A stretch of 64,000 nucleotides of DNA, taken from contig CAMRTM010000001.1 in the NCBI GenBank assembly GCA_947053645.1, positions 9,430 to 73,429 on the forward strand. Direction: 5' to 3'. The position numbers and the translations under genes were made by a program. Shown here in pieces: positions 58,046-64,000 of the stretch. The DNA comes from an uncultured Bacillota bacterium (GTDB lineage Bacteria; Bacillota; Clostridia; Christensenellales; UBA1242). A model generated the notes under the pieces. That model saw only the letters and a program-made list of their open reading frames with translations. It did no database searches and was not told the DNA's origin. Positions within the stretch are counted from its first letter, which is position 1. Every line of letters begins with the position of its first letter.

Positions 58046-58263
58046 AGATTTCTCCGCTCCGCCTACGGCTTCGGTCGAAATGACATAGGGAAATGGGCTT
58101 CGGTCGAAATGACATAGGGAAATGGGCTTCGGTCGAAATGACAGTGACTGAGGCACTTTTAATGAAATACAGATTGTTAGAAAGTGCGGCGGATCGCCTA
58201 GATCCCTCCGCTACAGTCGGGATGACATAAAGGGATTGGTCGGGATGACTGTGCCTAAGTCAC
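58046..58263 (+). repeat. Repeat locus D: box plus three perfect cores (29-bp period), an imperfect tail, then a diverged ATCCC/GGGAT variant unit with two variant cores and a tail
   Basis: Box at 58046-58058. Cores at 58073, 58102 and 58131. Tail AGTGACTGAGGCACTTTT at 58143-58160. Variant AGATCCCTCCGCTACAGTCGGGATGACA at 58200-58227. GGTCGGGATGACT at 58238-58250. Tail GTGCCTAAGTCAC at 58251-58263. Confidence 0.95.
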
Positions 58264-58332
58264 TCTTATGTAATAGAGATGATTATCAGTGCGGTGATTA
58301 AGTTACAAAAAAAGAGAGGTTCTCCCCCTCTT

Positions 58333-58701
58333 TTAGTCTTCGTTTTCGTTTGTTAGTATTTTTAGTTTTTCTATTATATTATTGTAAAGTGAAATTTGCG
58401 ATTCTGCCATAAACTTTGTATATACCGTAAGTTTCTCTATCTCTTCTTGTACTTGTGGAAGATATGTGGGAAAAGTGCCAGCACACAAAGAAGCAATTTT
58501 TAAAAGTCTTAATCTATGAGTAATATTCTCTTCACTAAGTTCATCCTTTTTATCGTAAAACTCTTGGCTTAGTTCATGAACAAATTTTATAACTCTTTCA
58601 ATATAATCTATCTTATCTTTTTTATCCTGTCTATAAAATCTATCAAACTCTCTTATTAATGATTTATATTCGTAATTTAACATATGTTTCTCCTTTTGCA
58701 C
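58333..58701 (-). CDS. Hypothetical helical protein (122 aa)
   Basis: ORF with RBS (caaaaggagaaacatATG). No family recognised. Confidence 0.5.
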   Translation of the reverse strand: MQKEKHMLNYEYKSLIREFDRFYRQDKKDKIDYIERVIKFVHELSQEFYDKKDELSEENITHRLRLLKIASLCAGTFPTYLPQVQEEIEKLTVYTKFMAESQISLYNNIIEKLKILTNENED

Positions 58702-58757
58702 ATAGGCAGTATAACACAGTTAATCTGATTTGTAAAGAGGTAAATTAAAAAAGTGAC

Positions 58758-59822
58758 TTATGCCACTTTCTTTTTATTTTTTCTTGGACGATATGCTATT
58801 GCCCATAATCCCGGAGTAATGAATACAGATGAATAGAAACCTGCAAGTATACCAATAAGGATTGGTACTGCAAACTCTCTAATATCATTTACACCGATTA
58901 TTGCAACCATTGCAATTGTAAGAACTGTTGTAAGGGTCGTGAGAATTGACCTTGACATAGTTTGACGCACAGAGGCATTTGCAAGTTCACTATTTGAAAC
59001 TTTTTCAAACTTACCATTTTTTGTATTCTCTCTAATTCTATCAAAAATGATAATTGTATTATTGATAGAGTAACCAAGGATGGTAACAAGTGCTGCAACA
59101 AAAGAAGAATTTATTGTGATTCTAAATATAAGTACAAGACTTGTCATGATAAGTAGGTCATGGAACAAGGCAAGTATTGCTGCAAGTCCACTTGTAATTT
59201 CAAATCTAAAGGCTACATAAATTAGAATTAACACAATTGCAACTAGCATAGCGATAAAGGCGTTCATAAGAAGTTCCCCGCTTGCCGTTGCCATAACCAC
59301 CTCTGGTGCTGAAATTGCATTGGAGTAATGTTCTGTAACAGATTCATCCTCATAACCGAAAAGTTGTTGAAGTTTTTCTCTTACTAATCTGTTTGTTTCT
59401 GCAACTTCACTGCCTGAAGCACCATTAATATTCTGATATCTTACTTCCACTGCAAGACCGCCATTTATTACTCCTTCTACATCCATTGTAGTAGAGCGGA
59501 AAGAACTTATTGACAGTCCTTCCCCTTTAAGCACTTCATTTATCATGTCGCGCATTTTATTATAGTCTTGACTGCTTTTATCAATTTTATACTGAGTTGC
59601 GTCCTCTATCACACCTTCACTATTAGCATAGACTTTAATTACTGTACCACCTGTGAAGTCTAGTCCTAAGTTAAAGCCCACTGTAAAGAGCAAAACTATT
59701 CCGACTATTACAATTAAAATTGGGGCTATTATAAACCATTTAAGATTTTTACAGTAATTAAACTTAGAATTTAAAATCATTCTATCCATAGAGAATTTAT
59801 TATAAAGTTTATTCTTACTCAT
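58758..59822 (-). CDS. secF: Protein translocase subunit SecF
   Basis: The ATG at 59822 follows GGAGG by 8 nt and overlaps the secD stop. SecF TM topology and the LFHDLLIM motif region. Confidence 0.93.
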   Translation of the reverse strand: MSKNKLYNKFSMDRMILNSKFNYCKNLKWFIIAPILIVIVGIVLLFTVGFNLGLDFTGGTVIKVYANSEGVIEDATQYKIDKSSQDYNKMRDMINEVLKGEGLSISSFRSTTMDVEGVINGGLAVEVRYQNINGASGSEVAETNRLVREKLQQLFGYEDESVTEHYSNAISAPEVVMATASGELLMNAFIAMLVAIVLILIYVAFRFEITSGLAAILALFHDLLIMTSLVLIFRITINSSFVAALVTILGYSINNTIIIFDRIRENTKNGKFEKVSNSELANASVRQTMSRSILTTLTTVLTIAMVAIIGVNDIREFAVPILIGILAGFYSSVFITPGLWAIAYRPRKNKKKVA

Positions 59823-61206
59823 GGCTCTCACCTCCATCTACTACGATTTCAGTTTGAGGCTGATTATCCTTTTCCACTTCCTCTTCCTCTACGATTTCTA
59901 CGACATCTGCTTCACGATATAATCTTGCTTTTTCTGGTTTTGTAGTATTTATTGGAAGGTATGATTTTACAAGGAATCTTGTAACAACAAGTGTGGTAAA
60001 CATTGAAAGCACAATACCTAGTAAGAGTGTGATTGCAAAACCCTTAATGGCTGCTGTTCCTAAAATATACAATATTATAGATGTGATTATGGTTGTAATA
60101 TTTGAGTCAAAGATTGGCCAGAAGGCTTTTTTAAATCCACCCTTTACAGCAAGATGCATCTTTCTGCCAGACGCATACTCTTCTTTTATTCTTTCAAAAA
60201 TAATTACATTGCCGTCCACTGCCATACCAAGACTTAATATTATACCCGCTATACCTGGGAGTGTGAGTTGTACAAATGGTATTGCTTGAAGGAAGAACAA
60301 CATTAATATAAGATATATAACAAGTGCGAAGTCAGCAAGTAGACCAAAATCACCATATCTCCACCACATGATTCCCATTACAAGCAGAAGTGCTACCGCA
60401 CCAGCAATGATGCCATACAACAAAGCATCTTTACCAAGAGTTGCTGAAATTACACTATTTTCAAATAATGTGAGTTTAACATTGAAGGTACCGCTCATGA
60501 TGTTAAAAGCATATTCTTTTGCACTATCATAACTATTTAAGCCTTCACCAGAAATAAAGGTTGAACCGCCTGTGATTGCTTCATTACAAGTTAAAGTCCC
60601 CCAAGGCTCTCCACTTACGGAACCTAGATAAACATATATATATTTATCTTCACTCTTTGAAGAGACTTTTGTAGTAAGTTCACTGAACGCCTTTTTACCT
60701 TCATCATTAAAGTTTATAACAACGCCATATTGACTACTTTCATTATTATAACTTACATAAACATTTGTAACCTGTGAGCCATCTATCCACACTTTAGGTG
60801 TGACTGTGTTTGAAGCACGCTCCTCCGTCATATACAAGGTTTGAGGATTTTCTAGGAATGAAAATATTTCATCAGTATCGTCAGCATCTGGAACCTCTAT
60901 TCTTATTCTTCCACTGCCCTGTCTTGTAACTGTAGCTTCGCTATATCCCTCGCTATAAAGTACCGCTTGTAATCTTGTTATAGTCGCATCTATCGCATTA
61001 TTCATATCAGTGCCTGCTGGGGCTTCGCAATCATATACAACAGAAAGACCACCAGACAAATCTAAGCCCAGTGATATTGCATTAGCAAAGCCATTGTATC
61101 TATAATTAGTAAACGGAATGTCAAAACTTCCCACTGATAAAAAGATACCGATGGCTACAATTATTGATAAAAAAACAAATCTGCGTATTGCGCGTTTTTT
61201 TGACAT
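59815..61206 (-). CDS. secD: Protein translocase subunit SecD
   Basis: The ATG at 61206 (MSKKRAIRRF...) follows AAAGGGGA. Periplasmic P1 domain and C-terminal six-TM bundle. Confidence 0.93.
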   Translation of the reverse strand: MSKKRAIRRFVFLSIIVAIGIFLSVGSFDIPFTNYRYNGFANAISLGLDLSGGLSVVYDCEAPAGTDMNNAIDATITRLQAVLYSEGYSEATVTRQGSGRIRIEVPDADDTDEIFSFLENPQTLYMTEERASNTVTPKVWIDGSQVTNVYVSYNNESSQYGVVINFNDEGKKAFSELTTKVSSKSEDKYIYVYLGSVSGEPWGTLTCNEAITGGSTFISGEGLNSYDSAKEYAFNIMSGTFNVKLTLFENSVISATLGKDALLYGIIAGAVALLLVMGIMWWRYGDFGLLADFALVIYLILMLFFLQAIPFVQLTLPGIAGIILSLGMAVDGNVIIFERIKEEYASGRKMHLAVKGGFKKAFWPIFDSNITTIITSIILYILGTAAIKGFAITLLLGIVLSMFTTLVVTRFLVKSYLPINTTKPEKARLYREADVVEIVEEEEVEKDNQPQTEIVVDGGESHE

Positions 61207-61313
61207 TAAAATCCCCTTTCTTCTTGCTGGTAAATTCAAATTTCCTTTTTGGATTTAATTATTACCTTTTAAGTATAAAAGAATAAGGGGCTTGTGTCAA
61301 ATGTTTTTTTTGA

Positions 61314-61733
61314 TTATACAGAACTTTTTTTAATATTTACGCAAATTATTCCACAGATTGCACCCATGATTCCACCAAATAGCATATCATTGAGAAGTGT
61401 TCTATCAAACACAAATCTTCCATCTAGAACGCTGAACACAGTAAATGCTATCATTGTGAATAGTATGCCTATGAGCAATCCGCTTACAAGTCCCATCTCT
61501 TTTTCTTTTTTAAGCCCGATAAATACTCCTAAGAATATACTTGCTCCTTTGATAACTTGATTTACTGGGTTGATTACACTGTCGGATATATTTGTAAACT
61601 TTAATATAAAAGCAAATATCAGTATTCCAACTAGGCTTACACATAAAGCTGTAAGACACCCTTTCACAATCGACATGAGCAAGGTTTTTTTATTAGGATT
61701 TTCTTCTTTTATTCTTCTGGCTTTCAGTTTCAT
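61314..61733 (-). CDS. Small four-TM membrane protein (possibly YrzE/TIGR04086-like)
   Basis: 139 aa. Glycine-rich TM helices. Located between yajC and secD. Confidence 0.4.
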   Translation of the reverse strand: MKLKARRIKEENPNKKTLLMSIVKGCLTALCVSLVGILIFAFILKFTNISDSVINPVNQVIKGASIFLGVFIGLKKEKEMGLVSGLLIGILFTMIAFTVFSVLDGRFVFDRTLLNDMLFGGIMGAICGIICVNIKKSSV

Positions 61734-61878
61734 TTTTGACTCCTTTTTTCGCTTTTATACGATAAAATATGTTTACAAAAAGAGTTATAGAACAAAAGTT
61801 TTGAAATCAATACCTTACCCTTTGCAACATCTAGTTTGGTATAGGCAGTGTAAAAAAAAGAGGCATCGCCTCTTTTAA

Positions 61879-62370
61879 TTATTTGCTTTCTTTTTTAGTC
61901 TTGCGTGGCTTTTTACCAGTAAGTTGTGCCTCTAAGTCGGCTGTTGTATCAGTTTCAACTGGAGTTTCAATCTTCTCCTCTACTACAGTTTCCTTAACTT
62001 CTTGGGTTTTTACCTTACTTGATTTTTTATCCGCAGGTTTCTCCGCTTCTACTGTTGCAGGTTTTTCTGTTTCTTTAACTGGCTCATCTCTAAACACATT
62101 GTAGATTGCATATGCGTCTACAGAGATGTAACCTTTATTCTTGCCAGATCCTGTTTCTATAGTCACTATCTTTTTATCGCCTTCCATTTGAAGATCGACT
62201 ATAGTGCCATATACACCACTGGTTGTCAAAACCTTATCTCCACGCTTAAGTGAATTGGTTTGTTCCTGCATCTTTTGATTTTCTTTCTTATTCCTACTGC
62301 TTACAAGTATTGGATACGCAATTACTAGCAAGAGTATGAATACAATTAAAATAATTTGAGTTATATCCAT
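61879..62370 (-). CDS. yajC: Preprotein translocase subunit YajC with a long charged C-terminal extension
   Basis: N-terminal TM plus LKRGDKVLTTSGVYGTIVDL core. About 70 extra E/K/T-rich residues. Confidence 0.9.
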   Translation of the reverse strand: MDITQIILIVFILLLVIAYPILVSSRNKKENQKMQEQTNSLKRGDKVLTTSGVYGTIVDLQMEGDKKIVTIETGSGKNKGYISVDAYAIYNVFRDEPVKETEKPATVEAEKPADKKSSKVKTQEVKETVVEEKIETPVETDTTADLEAQLTGKKPRKTKKESK

Positions 62371-62389
62371 TTTTTACCCCCTATCAAAC

Positions 62390-62470
62390 TTATTTTTTCA
62401 TCAGGACAAAGATGAAGAAAAATGTTACAAATACCATAAATACCACTAGCATTATTCCATCAAATGTCAT
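62390..62470 (-). CDS. Candidate 26-aa hydrophobic micropeptide
   Basis: TAAGGAGGaaacATG, then MTFDGIMLVVFMVFVTFFFIFVLMKK-TAA. Lies between thrS and yajC. Too short to appear in the ORF track. Confidence 0.45.
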   Translation of the reverse strand: MTFDGIMLVVFMVFVTFFFIFVLMKK

Positions 62471-62521
62471 GTTTCCTCCTTATATTATCATACATTTCCC
62501 TTTAATCAAAACGATTTTTAC

Positions 62522-64000
62522 CTAAATCTTTTTATTTTTAACTTCACTTAATAATCTCTCGACAAAATTCGCTAAAGTTAGTCCGCTTTGATTCTCGTAA
62601 CCTCGTCCGCGTATTGATATCGTTTTATTTTCCTCTTCTTCATCCCCAACTATAATTAAATATGGTATTTTCATAGCCATAGCTTCACGAATCTTATAGC
62701 CTATCTTTTCATTTCTATAATCACCTTCAACTCTTAGGTTGTGCTTTCTTAACTCGCAAACTATTCCTTTTGCATATTCATTATTTCTCTCTGTAAGTGA
62801 AAGCACCCTTATCTGTTCTGGAGCAAGCCAAAGAGGAAATGCACCTGCAAAATGTTCAATAAGGATTCCAATAAATCTATCTATTGAACCATATATTACT
62901 CTATGAATCATTATTGGGCGGTGCTTTTCGCCGTCTTCACCTGTGTACTCTAATTCAAAGCGTTGTGGAAGTTGGAAATCAAGTTGGATTGTTCCGCACT
63001 GCCATGTTCTACCTAAAGCGTCCTTAAGGTGGAAATCTATTTTAGGCCCATAAAAGGCTCCGTCGCCTTCATTTACTACATAATCTCTTCCTAGTTCATC
63101 GAGTGCCTCTATTAGAGCGTTTGTCGCGTTTTCCCAATCTTCATCACTTCCCATGCTATTTTCTGGGCGTGTGGAAAGTTCAATTTCATACGAAAAATTA
63201 AACAGCGTATATACTTCATCAATAAGTGCTACCACATCTTTTATTTCATCTTTTATCTGCTTTGGCGTCATAAATATATGGGCATCATCTTGCGTAAAAC
63301 ATCTTACTCTCATAAGTCCGCCTAGTTCCCCTGATTTCTCATGGCGATGAACAAGTCCTAGTTCCCCTAGTCTAAGCGGCAAATCACGATAGGAATGTGG
63401 AGCGTTTTTATATACTAGTACTCCGCCCGGGCAATTCATTGGTTTAATTGCATAGTCGGTGTCATCTATCTTTGTTGTGTACATATTATCTTTATAATGG
63501 TCCCAATGCCCTGAGGTTTCCCATAGGTGCTTTGACAGCATGATTGGAGTCATAACCTCTTTGTACCCTGCTTTACGATGAATATCATGCCAGTAGTCTA
63601 TCAGTTCATTCCTTATTACCATTCCATTTGGCAAATAGAATGGAAAACCCATTCCTTCAGGTGAAAGCATAAATAAACCTAGTTCTTTACCTAGTTTCCT
63701 ATTATCTCTCTTTTTTGCCTCTTCTAACATCTTTAAATATTCTGCTAGGTCTTTCTTTGTCTTAAACGCATAGACATATACACGCTGGAGCATTTTATTC
63801 TTCTCACTGCCACGCCAATATGCACCATTTACGCTATGAATTTTAAAGCCATATGCTTGCAATTTATTGGTACTTTCTACATGAGGTCCTCGGCACAAAT
63901 CTACAAAATCGTCGCCGGTATAATACAGCGAAACTTCTTCGTTATCTGGAAGATCGCGTATTATCTCTTCCTTATATTCATTTCCAGCAAAAAGTTGTAA
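62522..64000 (-). CDS. thrS: Threonine--tRNA ligase (5' end beyond the window)
   Basis: Class II core (HRHEKSGELGGLMRVRCFTQDDAHIF) and anticodon-binding domain. The frame stays open upstream of the ATG at 63898 in the ORF track, through to the window edge. Confidence 0.95.
   Translation of the reverse strand, partial: LQLFAGNEYKEEIIRDLPDNEEVSLYYTGDDFVDLCRGPHVESTNKLQAYGFKIHSVNGAYWRGSEKNKMLQRVYVYAFKTKKDLAEYLKMLEEAKKRDNRKLGKELGLFMLSPEGMGFPFYLPNGMVIRNELIDYWHDIHRKAGYKEVMTPIMLSKHLWETSGHWDHYKDNMYTTKIDDTDYAIKPMNCPGGVLVYKNAPHSYRDLPLRLGELGLVHRHEKSGELGGLMRVRCFTQDDAHIFMTPKQIKDEIKDVVALIDEVYTLFNFSYEIELSTRPENSMGSDEDWENATNALIEALDELGRDYVVNEGDGAFYGPKIDFHLKDALGRTWQCGTIQLDFQLPQRFELEYTGEDGEKHRPIMIHRVIYGSIDRFIGILIEHFAGAFPLWLAPEQIRVLSLTERNNEYAKGIVCELRKHNLRVEGDYRNEKIGYKIREAMAMKIPYLIIVGDEEEENKTISIRGRGYENQSGLTLANFVERLLSEVKNKKI

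Overview
This is a low-GC chromosomal segment from a spore-forming Firmicute, Clostridia-like by content. It carries spoIVB and a complete spoIIIAA-AH operon. Gene order closely follows Bacillus. On the + strand: pheST, cysteine desulfurase-thiI, argR-recN-spoIVB and serS. From about 18.8 kb onward, all on the - strand: rny, tgt-queA-ruvBAC-yebC, a TrmH-family methylase, rplT-rpmI-infC, xseBA-nusB-asp23, spoIIIA, efp, truB-nrnA-rbfA-infB-ylxQ-ylxR-nusA-rimP, rseP-cdsA-uppS-frr, tsf-rpsB, secFD, yajC and thrS. I saw no rRNA genes, tRNA genes, CRISPR array or clear prophage.

The most interesting signals are non-coding:
- A modular intergenic repeat family has a 5' box AGATTTCTCCGCT, one to six copies of the core GGTCGAAATGACA, and often a GTGCCTNAGGCAC-T-run hairpin tail. 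It fills four spacers inside minus-strand operons, always in the same orientation. One diverged copy shows a double compensatory change (ATTTC/GAAAT to ATCCC/GGGAT), which supports a conserved stem.
- Two adjacent homologous promoters each carry a C9 tract inside the -35/-10 spacer, upstream of a small membrane protein gene and a lipoprotein gene. This is a classic slipped-strand phase-variation layout.

Coding oddities:
- A 973-aa orphan with its own consensus promoter sits where pyrH normally lies, between tsf and frr.
- A 511-aa PolC-like protein (N-terminal domain, OB fold, exonuclease) with no polymerase or PHP domains sits at the polC position.
- An AT-rich orphan ORF is wedged into the ruvB-queA operon.
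- A PadR domain is fused to a long acidic linker and a multi-pass membrane anchor.
- A 570-aa HExxH orphan is paired with a DUF21-like membrane protein.
- A well-signalled small ORF is interrupted by an in-frame TAG.
- A DUF45 metallopeptidase gene has leaderless-mRNA geometry.

All calls come from reading the sequence and the ORF track by eye. No database search was run.
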